From an uncultured Gemmatimonadales bacterium (lineage in GTDB: Bacteria; Gemmatimonadota; Gemmatimonadetes; Longimicrobiales; RSA9): DNA of 64,000 nt. Under the pieces are notes generated by a model. The model was not told the DNA's origin, made no database searches, and was given only the letters and a program-made list of their open reading frames with translations. Location of the stretch: NCBI GenBank assembly GCA_963798085.1, contig CAWCRS010000007.1, forward strand, positions 1,056,001-1,120,000, read 5' to 3'. Made by a program: the position numbers and the translations under genes. Positions 1 through 10,303 of the stretch are shown here, one piece after another (the stretch's first letter is position 1; the number at the start of each line of letters is the position of its first letter).

Positions 1-525
1 GGTGGCACCATCACGAACGATCTGGCCAAGGGCCTGGCCGTCACGTTCGCCGAAGCGGAAAAAGCGAAGGAGCGGCACGGCGCCGCGTTCGCGCAGCTGA
101 TCGATCCGCGCGAGACGGTCGAGCTGCCGGGTCCGGGGCCGGGCACCAAGCGCGACGTTCCGCGCGAACTCATCGCGCACATCATCGAGCAGCGCCTGGA
201 TGAGATTCTGGGTCTGGTCGCAAAGGAGCTGGAGCACACGGGCGAGAGCGACCGCCTGGGCGCGGGCGCCGTGCTGACCGGCGGCGGCGCGGGCCTGACG
301 GGCGCCGTCAATGTGGCGCAGCACGTGTTCGCCATGCCCGTGCGCGTGGGCATGGCCGGCGAATCGCTGACCGGCCTCACCGATTCCGTGACCCGCCCGC
401 AATACGCCACCGCCACCGGCCTCACACTGCTGGGCGCCGAACGCGTAGCCGAAGCCACGCTGGGCATGCGCTTCGGCGACAGTGTGGCAAGGCGGGTCAT
501 GGACTGGGTGAGGGAGTTCTTCTGA
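1..525 (+). CDS. ftsA: Cell division protein FtsA, 3' part (runs off the left edge)
   Basis: Frame 1 from base 1 reads GGTITNDLAKGL...AEAEKAKERHG...IIEQRLDEIL...VLTGGGAGL...PQYATATGL, the FtsA C-terminal motifs, and ends in an amphipathic WVREFF. Lies directly upstream of ftsZ. Confidence 0.95.
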   Translation, partial: GGTITNDLAKGLAVTFAEAEKAKERHGAAFAQLIDPRETVELPGPGPGTKRDVPRELIAHIIEQRLDEILGLVAKELEHTGESDRLGAGAVLTGGGAGLTGAVNVAQHVFAMPVRVGMAGESLTGLTDSVTRPQYATATGLTLLGAERVAEATLGMRFGDSVARRVMDWVREFF

Positions 526-535
526 CGGACCAACG

Positions 536-758
536 GCGTTGCTGGGGCTGGTTGCCGGGAAACTGCTGCCCGGCAGCACACTGGATATAACAAACTGTTA
601 AGGCGGTGCGAGTCTGGTGAAAGCAGAGGCGTGCGGGTGAGGAAGCTGGCGGTTGCGGCATTGGTGGAGTGCGCTGGCGGCGTCGGGACGGCGTCGTCGC
701 CTGCAATCCGTGGATCCGTTCCGGAGCAACCAGCGCCGGCAACCAGCCCCGGCAACGC
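536..758. repeat. 23-bp inverted repeat (22/23) enclosing 177 bp in the ftsA-ftsZ spacer
   Basis: 536-558 GCGTTGCTGGGGCTGGTTGCCGG versus 736-758 CCGGCAACCAGCCCCGGCAACGC. The single mismatch is a G-U pair on the + strand. Confidence 0.85.
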
Positions 759-815
759 AGTCACGAGGCACCTGAGCTGAACAAACGAAAACCCTGCAGG
801 AAGGAGTTTCCGGCC

Positions 816-2003
816 ATGATGATCTTCGAATTCGAGGAAGGCGAGTCGACGAACAACGCGCGCATGAAGGTGGTGGGCGTGGGTGGTGGGGGTGGCAATG
901 CCGTGAACCGCATGATCGCGGACAGTCTCGAAGGCGTGGACTTCATCAGCGTCAACACGGACGCGCAGGCGCTGAAGCATTCGCGCTCGCAGCTGAAGAT
1001 CCAGATCGGGCGCAAGCTGACGCGCGGGCTGGGCGCGGGTGCGCGACCGGAAATCGGGCGGCAGGCGATCGAGGAGAGCCGTGACGAGGTCATGCAGGCG
1101 CTGCAGGGCGCGGACCTCGTGTTCATCACGGCCGGCATGGGTGGTGGCACGGGCACGGGTGCGGCGCCCGTGATCGCGGAGATCGCGCGTGAGCTGGGCG
1201 CGCTCACCATCGGTATTGTCACCAGGCCCTTCCTGTTCGAAGGCAAGAAGCGCATGCGGCAGGCGGAAATGGGGCTGCTGGAGCTGAAGCGCGCTGCCGA
1301 TACTGTGATTGTGGTGCCGAACGAGCGCCTGCTCTCGGTGGTAGGGAAGGGTACGTCCTTCCGGGACGCTCTCAAGAAGGCTGACGAAGTCCTGCTGCAC
1401 GCCACCCAGGGGATCAGCGATCTCGTGCACGTGACCGGTGAGGTCAACGTGGACTTTGCGGATGTGCGCACCGTGATGCAGAGTCGCGGACCGGCGCTGA
1501 TGGGCACGGGCTACGGCAAGGGCGAGAACCGCGCTGTCGAAGCCGCGCAGGAAGCGATCTCGAGCCCGCTGCTGGACGCGGTGACCATCGAAGGTGCGGC
1601 CGGCGTGCTCATCAACATCACGGGTGGTCTGGATCTCACCATTGACGAGGTCACGACCATCGCATCCATTATTCAGGAAGCGGCCGGTGAAGAGTCGGAG
1701 ATCATCTTTGGCGCGGTGCACGATCCATCGCTCGAGGGCGAAGTCCGGGTGACCGTGATCGCCACGGGGCTGGAAGGCGCCGAGGATGAGCCGATCCGCG
1801 AAAGCGGGATCCTGCGGCCCACGTTCGGCGTACGCACACCGTCGCCTGCGAGCAATGTGGCGGCGAGCGTGGCAGTGGGTGGATCACGGACACCGGCATT
1901 CACGGAGGCACAGCCGTTCCCGCGTCCACCACAGAGTTCGATTGCGCGACATCAGCTGACGGACCTGGACATCCCTACGTTCATCCGTCGTCAGCTGGAC
2001 TGA
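816..2003 (+). CDS. ftsZ: Cell division protein FtsZ
   Basis: Motifs [17 protein letters not shown] (tubulin signature), NVDFADV and C-terminal [11 protein letters not shown] at 816 follows AAGGAG at 801-806. Confidence 0.98.
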   Translation: MMIFEFEEGESTNNARMKVVGVGGGGGNAVNRMIADSLEGVDFISVNTDAQALKHSRSQLKIQIGRKLTRGLGAGARPEIGRQAIEESRDEVMQALQGADLVFITAGMGGGTGTGAAPVIAEIARELGALTIGIVTRPFLFEGKKRMRQAEMGLLELKRAADTVIVVPNERLLSVVGKGTSFRDALKKADEVLLHATQGISDLVHVTGEVNVDFADVRTVMQSRGPALMGTGYGKGENRAVEAAQEAISSPLLDAVTIEGAAGVLINITGGLDLTIDEVTTIASIIQEAAGEESEIIFGAVHDPSLEGEVRVTVIATGLEGAEDEPIRESGILRPTFGVRTPSPASNVAASVAVGGSRTPAFTEAQPFPRPPQSSIARHQLTDLDIPTFIRRQLD

Positions 2004-2016
2004 AACCGGGAGGCCA

Positions 2017-3312
2017 ATGCAGAGCGCATTCCGAATCCTCACACCGGTAGCCGTGCTGGTTGTCGGCGTGGGTGTCGTGCGGTGGCGCTCCGAGGCCTCC
2101 CAGGTGAATCCGGATCAGACGCCGGTACTGGCGGCGCTGTACGCGCCGCCCGTCGAGCGCGTGGAGACCCACGTGCTCAACCGCGGCGAGACGCTGAGTG
2201 ATGTGCTGGGCCGCGCCTCCATCACGGGGCACGACCTGGCGGAGTTTCTGCTCGGCGCGCGCTCCTACATCGATCCTCGACGCATGGCGGACGGCGTGGA
2301 GGTGACCGTGCGCCGCTGGGTCAGTGACAGCACGCCGCGCTCCATCGACCTGCGCGTCAATGCGGACACCACGGTCCGCCTGCGGCGCGACGCGGGCGGC
2401 TGGGGCGGTGCGCTGGCCGTCACGCCGGTGGTGCTCGACACGGTCTACACGCAGGGCCGTATCGCGCCGGGCGAGAGTCTGTTCCAGGATGTGGTCTACA
2501 GCAAGGATGACAGCCTGCCCATCGGCGACCGCACGCAGCTGGTCTACAACCTCGCCGATATCTACGAATTCAAGTTCGACTTCACGCGCGACATTCAGGC
2601 CGGAGACACGTATCGCCTGGTGTACGAGCGCGAAGTCAGACCCGACGGCAGTGCCCGCGCGCAGCGCATCCTCGCCTCCGAAATCGTGAGTCAGGGCCAG
2701 AAGTACACGGCCGTCTGGTTCGCGGGCGGCAAGGAGGCGCAAGGCTTCTACGATCTCGAGGGACGCCCGCTGGCGAACGGTTTCAGTCGCTACCCGGTGG
2801 ACTTCCGCATCACCTCATCATTCTCGCCGCGTCGCTATCATCCGGTGCTGGGCATCTACCGCGCGCATCTGGGCACGGATTTCGGTGCGCCCGCCGGCAC
2901 ACCCGTGCACGTGACCGCGGATGGTGTCGTGACGTTCGCGGGTTGGAACGGCGGGTACGGCAACCTGGTGATCGTGCGGCACACGAACGGCTACGAGACG
3001 CGCTACGCGCACATGCGCGCATTCGGGCGCGGTATCCGCACGGGCATGTCCGTGAAGCAGAAGCAGGTGATCGGGTACGTCGGACAGACGGGACTCGCAA
3101 CCGGCGCGCACCTGCACTACGAGTTGCGCCGCAATGGCGTGGCCGTGAACGCGGTCAGGGCGAAGGTGCCGCTGGCGCAGCCCATCAGGAAGGAGCTGCG
3201 CGCGGCATTCGACAGTGCGGCATCGACCCGCATGGCCATTCTCGACCAGCAGACGCAGCGGTATCTTGCGCACCTCGCGGCGCACGGGGCCAAAACAGCC
3301 GACGACAACTGA
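2017..3312 (+). CDS. M23 family metalloendopeptidase (MepM-like peptidoglycan hydrolase)
   Basis: N-terminal TM segment, HLGTD (HxxxD) and HLH zinc motifs, GGYGNLV and YAHM. RBS GGAGG. Confidence 0.92.
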   Translation: MQSAFRILTPVAVLVVGVGVVRWRSEASQVNPDQTPVLAALYAPPVERVETHVLNRGETLSDVLGRASITGHDLAEFLLGARSYIDPRRMADGVEVTVRRWVSDSTPRSIDLRVNADTTVRLRRDAGGWGGALAVTPVVLDTVYTQGRIAPGESLFQDVVYSKDDSLPIGDRTQLVYNLADIYEFKFDFTRDIQAGDTYRLVYEREVRPDGSARAQRILASEIVSQGQKYTAVWFAGGKEAQGFYDLEGRPLANGFSRYPVDFRITSSFSPRRYHPVLGIYRAHLGTDFGAPAGTPVHVTADGVVTFAGWNGGYGNLVIVRHTNGYETRYAHMRAFGRGIRTGMSVKQKQVIGYVGQTGLATGAHLHYELRRNGVAVNAVRAKVPLAQPIRKELRAAFDSAASTRMAILDQQTQRYLAHLAAHGAKTADDN

Positions 3313-3351
3313 ACGGGAGGGATCCCGCTACGGGGTCCGGCGTAGTAGACG

Positions 3352-3383
3352 AGGCCCGCAGGCGATGCGCCCGCGGGCTTTTT
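3352..3383 (+). terminator. Rho-independent terminator after ftsZ-M23
   Basis: Stem GCCCGCAGGCG-atg-CGCCCGCGGGC (1 mismatch) followed by TTTTT. Confidence 0.75.
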
Positions 3384-3402
3384 CACGTCTGTCCCGAGGC
3401 AA

Positions 3403-5358
3403 ATGAACGCAGCCATCTGGTTGCTCTGGGTCGCGGCCGCGGCCCTGGCAGTGCTCGGCGCGCGCTGGCTCTATCGCCGGCGTGAGCCGCCCGGTCACGG
3501 GCGAGGCATACTCGCGGGGCTGCGCGGTGGCATGGCCGCGCTGCTGCTGCTGCTGCTCTTCGATCCCGCACTGCCCGCCGCGGTGCAGCCGGGTGCGGGG
3601 CCATCCGTGCTGGTCGATGCATCGCTGAGCATGCAGCTGCCCTCCGCCACGAATGGTCGTACGCGCTGGCAGGAAGCAGTGGACCGCGCGCGCAAGCTGG
3701 GCGGGCGCGTCACGCTGTTCGGTGATGCGACGCGCGTGGTCAGCGTGGATTCGTTGAGCGAGGTCGCGCCGGCCGCAATGCACACGCGGCTGCTGCCCGC
3801 ACTGCAGGCGGCCGCGGAAGCGGGGCAGCATGAAGTCACGGTGGTGACCGACGGCGCGATCGAGGATGCCGATCAGGTAGCGCGCTGGCTGCCTCGCCTG
3901 GGCCTGCGCGTGAAGCTGGACAATGTCGGCGGATCGGCCACGAATCGCGGGCTGGTGCGCGTCCTTGCGCCGGCGTGGGCCGAGACCGGCCAGCCCATCG
4001 AGATCGCGTTCGAGGTCGCGGCGCAGGGCGAGGCAGGCACGCCGCTGACGGTGACGGTGAAGAGCGCGGGCCGTGTCGTCGCCCAGACCACAGTGACGAC
4101 GCCCGCACAGGGACGCGTCGCGACCGGCACGCTGCGCTTCGTTGCCAGCGCGCCCGAGCACGGCGAACAGGCGCGTTACGACGTCTCGCTGGATGCGGGG
4201 GACGGCATTGCAGACGACGACGCGCGGTCCGTGTACGTGCGCGTATCAGCGGAGCCGCAGGGCGCCGTGATGGTGTCGTTCGCGCCCGACTGGGAGCCGC
4301 GCTTCCTGCAGCCGGTGCTGGAGCGCTCGCTGGGCATGCCGGTGCGTGGCTTCCTGCGCACGGGCACCTGGTGGGTGAGCACAGGCACGGGCCTCCGGGT
4401 GGGCGGCCACGCGACCGAAGACAATGTGCGCCACGCCGTCGAGCATGCGGAGCTGCTGGTGCTGCACGCGCTCGGGCCGAGCGCGCCCGAGTGGGCGAAG
4501 CAGGCGGCCGCGAGCGCGCAGCGCGTGCTCGTGATTCCTGCAGGCGATGGTCAGGTCGCGGGTCTGCCACTGCCGCCGACCGGCGCAGTCGCCGGCGACT
4601 GGTACCTTTCCGACGATATTCCTCCGTCTCCCGTGGCTGCGCTCCTCACCGGTCTCAATGTGAAGGATCTGCCGCCGCTCACGGCGTTGCGGATACCGGG
4701 TCGCATCACTGGCGCGTGGTCACCGGCGAACGTGAGTCGCGGCCGCAGAGGCGCGCCGTACGCGGTGGCGCTGGGCGGCACGAGCGGTACGCGTCGCTGG
4801 GTCGTGGGACTGGGCGAGGGCTACTGGCGCTGGGCATTCTGGAGTGATGCATCGCGCGAAGTGTACGAGCGGCTCTGGAGCGCACTCGCCGGCTGGCTGG
4901 TGGGTGAGCAGCTGGCGCACGGACCCGATGCGGTGGAGCCTGCAACGCGCGTCGTGCCGCGCGCCGAGCCCGTGCGCTGGGTGCTGCGCGGCACACCCGC
5001 CGACTCATTGCGCATCAAGCTCACCGGTGACAGCGCGCGTGTCGCGCTCGACACCACGATCGTTGCGGCCGGCGACACGGTGGCGAGCGCTGTCCTGCCA
5101 CCGGGCCGCTACACATACGAGGCGCGGACTTTCGGTGAGCACGCCGGCAGCGGCGCGGGTGAGATCACAGTCGAGTCGTTTTCCGCTGAATTCACGCGAC
5201 CGGGTGTGATCGCGGCGCTGCTGGAAGCACCGCCCACCGCGCTCGCGGCCTCGGGTCATGCGCGCACACCGCTGCACGCGACGGTGTGGCCGTATCTGCT
5301 GCTCATCGTGCTGCTCTCGGTGGAATGGGTTCTGCGCCGCCGCTGGGGCCTGCGCTGA
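3403..5358 (+). CDS. Membrane-anchored protein with VWA-like (MIDAS) motif
   Basis: Two N-terminal TM helices, VDASLSM (DxSxS) and VTDG, C-terminal TM ending EWVLRRRWGL. Confidence 0.7.
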   Translation: MNAAIWLLWVAAAALAVLGARWLYRRREPPGHGRGILAGLRGGMAALLLLLLFDPALPAAVQPGAGPSVLVDASLSMQLPSATNGRTRWQEAVDRARKLGGRVTLFGDATRVVSVDSLSEVAPAAMHTRLLPALQAAAEAGQHEVTVVTDGAIEDADQVARWLPRLGLRVKLDNVGGSATNRGLVRVLAPAWAETGQPIEIAFEVAAQGEAGTPLTVTVKSAGRVVAQTTVTTPAQGRVATGTLRFVASAPEHGEQARYDVSLDAGDGIADDDARSVYVRVSAEPQGAVMVSFAPDWEPRFLQPVLERSLGMPVRGFLRTGTWWVSTGTGLRVGGHATEDNVRHAVEHAELLVLHALGPSAPEWAKQAAASAQRVLVIPAGDGQVAGLPLPPTGAVAGDWYLSDDIPPSPVAALLTGLNVKDLPPLTALRIPGRITGAWSPANVSRGRRGAPYAVALGGTSGTRRWVVGLGEGYWRWAFWSDASREVYERLWSALAGWLVGEQLAHGPDAVEPATRVVPRAEPVRWVLRGTPADSLRIKLTGDSARVALDTTIVAAGDTVASAVLPPGRYTYEARTFGEHAGSGAGEITVESFSAEFTRPGVIAALLEAPPTALAASGHARTPLHATVWPYLLLIVLLSVEWVLRRRWGLR

Positions 5359-5370
5359 TCGCGGAGACAA

Positions 5371-6294
5371 ATGGGAAGACTGCTGAAAGGTGTGGGCGGC
5401 AAGACGTCGCTCTGGAAGCGCATCCGCAACTGGGCGCTTACAGACATCGGTGTTCTGGTCAAGGGCGTCGACGAAGCCTCGCTCGAAAAGCTGGAAGAGA
5501 TTCTGCTGGGCGCGGACTTCGGTGTGCCGGCTACGCTGAAACTGGTGGCGCACGTCGAAGCGTTGCTGCGCGCCGGTCGCATTGCCAATCAGCAGGATGT
5601 GCTGGATGCCGTGGCTGCGGAGATCCGCGCGCTGCTGCGCCCGGACGAGCTGGACACGTCGCTGCACTTCGCGGCGCAGCCACCCACGGTCTTTCTGTTC
5701 GCGGGCGTGAACGGTGTAGGGAAGACGACGTCACTGGGCAAGCTCGCGTACCGCTTGCGCCGTGAGGGCCGGCGACCGCTGCTGGCGGCGGCAGACACCT
5801 TTCGCGCCGGCGCCATCGATCAGCTGCGCGTGTGGGCCGAGCGTGTGGGTGCGGAATTCGTCGGTGCGCAGCCGGGCGCCGATCCCGCGGCCGTCGCGTT
5901 CGATGCGATCGATGCCGCGGCTGCGCGGCGTGCGGATGTCGTGCTCGTCGACACGGCTGGGCGACTGCACACGCAGGCCGACCTCATGAGCGAGATCCAG
6001 AAGATCGATCGCGTGATTGCGAAGAAGCTGCCGGGCGCGCCACACGAGACGCTGCTCGTGCTGGACGCGACCATCGGACAGAACGCGGTGGCGCAGGCCA
6101 GGACATTCCAGCAGTCGATGCGGCTGACGGGCCTCGTGCTGGCCAAGCTGGACAGCTCGGCAAAGGGCGGCATCGTGGTGGCGCTGACAGAGGAGTTCGC
6201 ATTGCCCGTCAAGCTGGTGGGCACGGGTGAAGACGTGAAGGACCTCGAACCCTTCGACGCCGCGACGTTCGCCAGCGAAGTCCTCAGCGACTGA
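5371..6294 (+). CDS. ftsY: SRP receptor FtsY
   Basis: Motifs GVNGVGKTT, DTFRAGA, DTAGR, AKLDSSAKGG and GTGE. Confidence 0.97.
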   Translation: MGRLLKGVGGKTSLWKRIRNWALTDIGVLVKGVDEASLEKLEEILLGADFGVPATLKLVAHVEALLRAGRIANQQDVLDAVAAEIRALLRPDELDTSLHFAAQPPTVFLFAGVNGVGKTTSLGKLAYRLRREGRRPLLAAADTFRAGAIDQLRVWAERVGAEFVGAQPGADPAAVAFDAIDAAAARRADVVLVDTAGRLHTQADLMSEIQKIDRVIAKKLPGAPHETLLVLDATIGQNAVAQARTFQQSMRLTGLVLAKLDSSAKGGIVVALTEEFALPVKLVGTGEDVKDLEPFDAATFASEVLSD

Positions 6295-6302
6295 GTGGTT
6301 CG

Positions 6303-8381
6303 ATGAACGCCCCGGTCCGCTCGCCGCTGGACCAGCCGGCGCAGTTCCTCAAGGGCGTCGGGCCGCGGCGCGCCGAGCAGATGGCGCGCATGGGCGTGAA
6401 CACCGCGCGCGACCTGCTCTTCCACGTGCCCCGCCGCTACGAAGACGCCAGCACGGTCACCCGCATCACCAACCTGCGCATTGGCGAAGATGCGACGGTG
6501 ATCGCGCAGGTAGTGCAGAAAGGCGTGCACCCCACTCGCTCCGGGCTGCGCATCTTCCAGGCAATGGTGAAAGACAGTTCCGGCATGATCGAGGTGTCGT
6601 GGCCCGGCCAGCCGTTCCTCGATCGCACCATCCACGAAGGCGACATGCTGCTGGTAGCGGGGCGTGTGCGCTTCTACCACGGCAAGCAGATCCAGCCGCG
6701 CGAATGGGTGGTGCTCGGCGCGGCCGCGGATCTCGCGGGCGGCGGCAAGGTGCTGCCCATCTATCCCGCGACCGAAGGCCTCTCGCAGAAAGTCGTGCGG
6801 AGCATCATCGACGCGAATCTCGATCGCCTGCTGCCCCTGGTCATGCCGGAGGATGCGCTGCACGCGGGCCATCTCGTGCACGAGGGACTGCCCACCCTCA
6901 TGCAGGCGCTGTCGCTGCTGCACCGCCCGGAGTCGCTGCAGGACGCGGAGCGCGGCCGCCGCCGCCTCGCATGGGATGAGCTGTTCTTTCTGCAGCTGCT
7001 GCACGCGCGTGCGCGCTACCGCTCCGCGGGCGAACGTGTGGGCATCGCCTTCGCGCGCAATGACAGCCTGATCGCGCCGCTCTACCGCAGTCTCCCGTTC
7101 AAACTGACGGGCGCACAAACGCGCGGCATTGCCGAGATCTACGCGGACATGACCTCGGCGCGGCGCATGAACCGCATGCTGCAGGGCAATGTGGGATCGG
7201 GCAAGACGATTGTCGCGCTGTTCGCCATGATGCTCGCGGTGGAATCAGGGTTCCAGGCCGCGCTCATGGCGCCCACCGAGCTGCTGGCCGAGCAGCACGC
7301 ACGCACCATCCAGCAGCTGACAGCGCTGCTGCCTGTGAACATGGCGCTGCTGACGGGTCGCCTGGGCGCACGCGAGAGGCGAACGGCACTGGAAGCGATC
7401 GCCTGCGGCAGCGCGCAGCTGGTGGTGGGCACGCACGCGCTGATCCAGGAACACGTCGAGTTCCAGCGACTCGGTCTGGCCGTGGTCGACGAGCAGCACC
7501 GCTTCGGTGTGCGCCAGCGTCTGGCACTGGCGGCGCAGGGCGAAACGCCGGACATGCTGGTGATGTCGGCGACACCGATACCGCGCACGCTGGCGCTCAC
7601 GCTCTACGGCGATCTCGATCTCACGGTGCTGGATGAGCTGCCGCCGCAGCGCACACCCGTGCGGACCGTGGTCGAGTACGAGCGCGCGCGTTCCGCCGTG
7701 CACGCGTTCGTGCGCGAGCAGGTGCAGCAGGGACGCCAGGCGTACATCGTCTACCCGCTCATCGACGAATCCGAGAAAGTGGATCTGCGCGCGGCCGCGG
7801 AGGAGTATCGCGTGCTCAGCGAGGAGACCTTCGCGGGACTGCGGGTGGGCCTGGTGCACGGCCAGGTCCCGGGCGATGAGAAGGAAGCGACCATGCAGGC
7901 CTTCGCGCGCGGTGAGATCGACATCCTGATTGCCACGACCGTCATCGAAGTGGGCATCGATGTGCCTAACGCTACTGTTATGGTCGTGGAACACGCGGAG
8001 CGTTTCGGCCTTTCGCAGCTGCACCAGCTGCGCGGCCGTGTGGGCCGTGGCGCAGAGCAGAGCCATTGCATCCTGATTGCGCACGGCTCACCCGACACGC
8101 TCAGCCGGCTGCACCTGCTGGCCGACACCAACGATGGCTTCGCCATAGCGCGCGCCGACCTGCGGCTGCGCGGCATGGGCGATTTCTTCGGCGCGCGCCA
8201 GCACGGGCTGCCGGAATTCCGCTTCTTCGATGCGGAGCGCGATGAGGATCTGCTGGAGCATGCGCGGGACCTGGCCGGGCCCCTCATCGAGGCGGATCCG
8301 GAGCTGAGCCGGCGCGACGCACTGCGCCGCGTGCTCGACGAGCGTTTCCTCGAGCGCGAGCGCATGTACGAGATCGGCTGA
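6303..8381 (+). CDS. recG: ATP-dependent DNA helicase RecG
   Basis: Motifs LKGVGP, QGxVGSGKT, DEQHRFG, SATPIPRT, QLRGRVGRG and DLRLRG. Confidence 0.97.
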   Translation: MNAPVRSPLDQPAQFLKGVGPRRAEQMARMGVNTARDLLFHVPRRYEDASTVTRITNLRIGEDATVIAQVVQKGVHPTRSGLRIFQAMVKDSSGMIEVSWPGQPFLDRTIHEGDMLLVAGRVRFYHGKQIQPREWVVLGAAADLAGGGKVLPIYPATEGLSQKVVRSIIDANLDRLLPLVMPEDALHAGHLVHEGLPTLMQALSLLHRPESLQDAERGRRRLAWDELFFLQLLHARARYRSAGERVGIAFARNDSLIAPLYRSLPFKLTGAQTRGIAEIYADMTSARRMNRMLQGNVGSGKTIVALFAMMLAVESGFQAALMAPTELLAEQHARTIQQLTALLPVNMALLTGRLGARERRTALEAIACGSAQLVVGTHALIQEHVEFQRLGLAVVDEQHRFGVRQRLALAAQGETPDMLVMSATPIPRTLALTLYGDLDLTVLDELPPQRTPVRTVVEYERARSAVHAFVREQVQQGRQAYIVYPLIDESEKVDLRAAAEEYRVLSEETFAGLRVGLVHGQVPGDEKEATMQAFARGEIDILIATTVIEVGIDVPNATVMVVEHAERFGLSQLHQLRGRVGRGAEQSHCILIAHGSPDTLSRLHLLADTNDGFAIARADLRLRGMGDFFGARQHGLPEFRFFDAERDEDLLEHARDLAGPLIEADPELSRRDALRRVLDERFLERERMYEIG

Positions 8382-8459
8382 CACCTCGCCGGCGTTTTCC
8401 TGCCTCGCCGCGCGACACACTCCATCTCGCGGGCTGCAATACTTTGTTGCAAAGGACGG

Positions 8460-8475
8460 CGGCACCGGGACTGCA
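8460..8475 (+). promoter_or_regulatory. Possible sigma-54 (-24/-12) promoter of the response regulator gene
   Basis: CGGCACCGGGACTGCA has the GG-N10-GC spacing and resembles TGGCAC-N5-TTGC. Confidence 0.3.
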
Positions 8476-8617
8476 CCATCTACCTCAAAACGTTGTAAAC
8501 AGGCCAGATACGCAACATCGCCCGGCGGGAATGAAACTCGCACGGAAGGCGCTGCGGGAGGGCGGACCGCGCCCGGAATCGGACGGTCAATGTGCCTCCC
8601 CACAGGAGCCCGGAGCG

Positions 8618-9670
8618 ATGACGCTGGAGAACGGTGGTCTGGAGCGGCACCCGCGCGTACTGCTCGTTGAAGATGATGCGGCAACGCGCGAGCTGCTGAC
8701 CCGGCACCTTTCCGGCCGCGGCTTCAATGTGACTGCGGTCGACGCCGCCGAAGAAGGCATTGTCGAAGCGAGCGATGTGAAGTTCGACGTGGTCGTGGCG
8801 GACGTGCACCTGCCCGGACTTTCCGGGACGGAACTGGCGAACTTCATGGTATCGCACGATCCCGCACTGCCGGTGATCCTCATGACGGGTGATGCAGATG
8901 AGCAGGTGCGCCTGGATGCGCTGGCACATGGTGCGAGCGTGTTTCTGTACAAGCCTTTCGAGGTGACGGACCTCGAGAAAGCCGTGCGGCAGGCGCTCAT
9001 TCGACGCGGATGGACGTCCATGGAAGGTTCAGCACAGGCGGCAGTGCCGCCACAGGTACCGAGCGAATGGCTCGAGTTCGTGGACCACGAATCCTACGCG
9101 GGTCCCGGTCATGGCGAGCGCGTGGCGCGCGTGGCGCAGCTGCTGCTGGAGGCGATCCCTCTGGCAGCGGCCGAGATCGCTGCGCAGGACCTCATGCTGG
9201 CGGCGAGGACGCACGAAGTGGGTCGCCTGCGTGTGCCCGATGCCGAGCCGGCGGCAGTCGCATCACAGAGCGCCGAGCTGATGGCGGAAGCGAAGTTCCC
9301 GCGCATGGCAGTGCGCGCAGTGCGCCACATGCACGAGCGCTGGGACGGGTCGGGCGGGCCGGATGGCCTGAGCGCCTCTAACGTGCCGTTAGGCGCCCTG
9401 GTGCTGGCCGTGGCCGATGCGCTGGACCACTATGTGTCGGCGTGGGTGCAGGCCGGCCTCAATGGCGACAACGCCGTGGACCGCGCCATTCACCTCGTGA
9501 GCGTGCAGCAGGGCGAGGCGTTCAGTCCCGTCGTGGTAGGGGCCGTGCACCGCAGCACGGAAGCCATTCGCGAAGTCTGCGCCCAGCCGCGGCCGGTGCC
9601 GGCGAACGAAGCGCTCACCACGGCGAGCTTCACCGCGACATACAAGGAAGCGCCTTTTCAGGTTGCCTGA
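8618..9670 (+). CDS. Response regulator with REC domain and degenerate HD-GYP-like domain
   Basis: REC motifs LLVEDD, VADVHLPG, MTG and KPF. C-terminal THEVGR, HMHERWDGSGGPDGL and AVADALD. ATG 8618 follows GGAG. Confidence 0.85.
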   Translation: MTLENGGLERHPRVLLVEDDAATRELLTRHLSGRGFNVTAVDAAEEGIVEASDVKFDVVVADVHLPGLSGTELANFMVSHDPALPVILMTGDADEQVRLDALAHGASVFLYKPFEVTDLEKAVRQALIRRGWTSMEGSAQAAVPPQVPSEWLEFVDHESYAGPGHGERVARVAQLLLEAIPLAAAEIAAQDLMLAARTHEVGRLRVPDAEPAAVASQSAELMAEAKFPRMAVRAVRHMHERWDGSGGPDGLSASNVPLGALVLAVADALDHYVSAWVQAGLNGDNAVDRAIHLVSVQQGEAFSPVVVGAVHRSTEAIREVCAQPRPVPANEALTTASFTATYKEAPFQVA

Positions 9671-9754
9671 CCTCCGGGCGGCGGCCGTGTCCGGTCTGCG
9701 CGACGCCGTGAGTCGGCGTTCCCGCGGGCCGGCTCGGCCGCCCAATCGCCTGGA

Positions 9755-10303
9755 TCAGTCCCGGCCGTGTGCGTTGCCCAGCGGCAACGCCATGCCCAGC
9801 AGCAGACGGCCCTGCGCATCCGGCTCGACGCGCGTGCCGGGCGGCACGAAGGGGATGTCCCGCGGCGGCCGGGCGTTGCCCAGGTCCAGCAGAAACAGCA
9901 CGACACTGCCGGCCACGCCCACCTGACTCACGAGCAGCGCGTTATGCGAGCGCCGGTCGAGCGCGCGCACCGCCGCGTAGCGCGACTCGAACTCCGCATC
10001 CGCATACGCGCCCGATGATGTGCGCGACGCGCAGCGCTCCGGCTGATTCTGGCAGAGCCGCTCGAGCTCGTGATAGCGATCGTCGGCTCTCCCGCTCTGC
10101 ACGAAGCCGTACACACCGGTGGCGGCGGAAAGCGCGAGCGTGGACCACTTCGCCAGGCGCAGCGGACGGAATGCGCCCGGCCGGATGGAATCGACATGCT
10201 CGTCGATCGCCGGCCGGGGATGCGACGGGTTCTGCGCCGCTGCCGCGCAGGGGATCACACCGGCGAACAGCGCAAGCGGTAAGACGGCGCGCTGCCACTT
10301 CAT
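9755..10303 (-). CDS. Hypothetical exported/membrane protein
   Basis: Signal peptide ending AAAQ, two hydrophobic segments and a Cys pair. Start overlaps the stop of the upstream gene. Confidence 0.65.
   Translation of the reverse strand: MKWQRAVLPLALFAGVIPCAAAAQNPSHPRPAIDEHVDSIRPGAFRPLRLAKWSTLALSAATGVYGFVQSGRADDRYHELERLCQNQPERCASRTSSGAYADAEFESRYAAVRALDRRSHNALLVSQVGVAGSVVLFLLDLGNARPPRDIPFVPPGTRVEPDAQGRLLLGMALPLGNAHGRD

Noticed and set aside
526..815. 6S RNA or other known ncRNA in the ftsA-ftsZ spacer
   Set aside because: A closing stem is present, but I see no central bubble with a long internal stem and no recognisable conserved motifs.
7180..7210. RecG QGNVGSGKT (usually QGDVGSGKT) as an inactivating change
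   Set aside because: It is a single substitution outside the GKT core and may be a base error. All other helicase motifs are intact.
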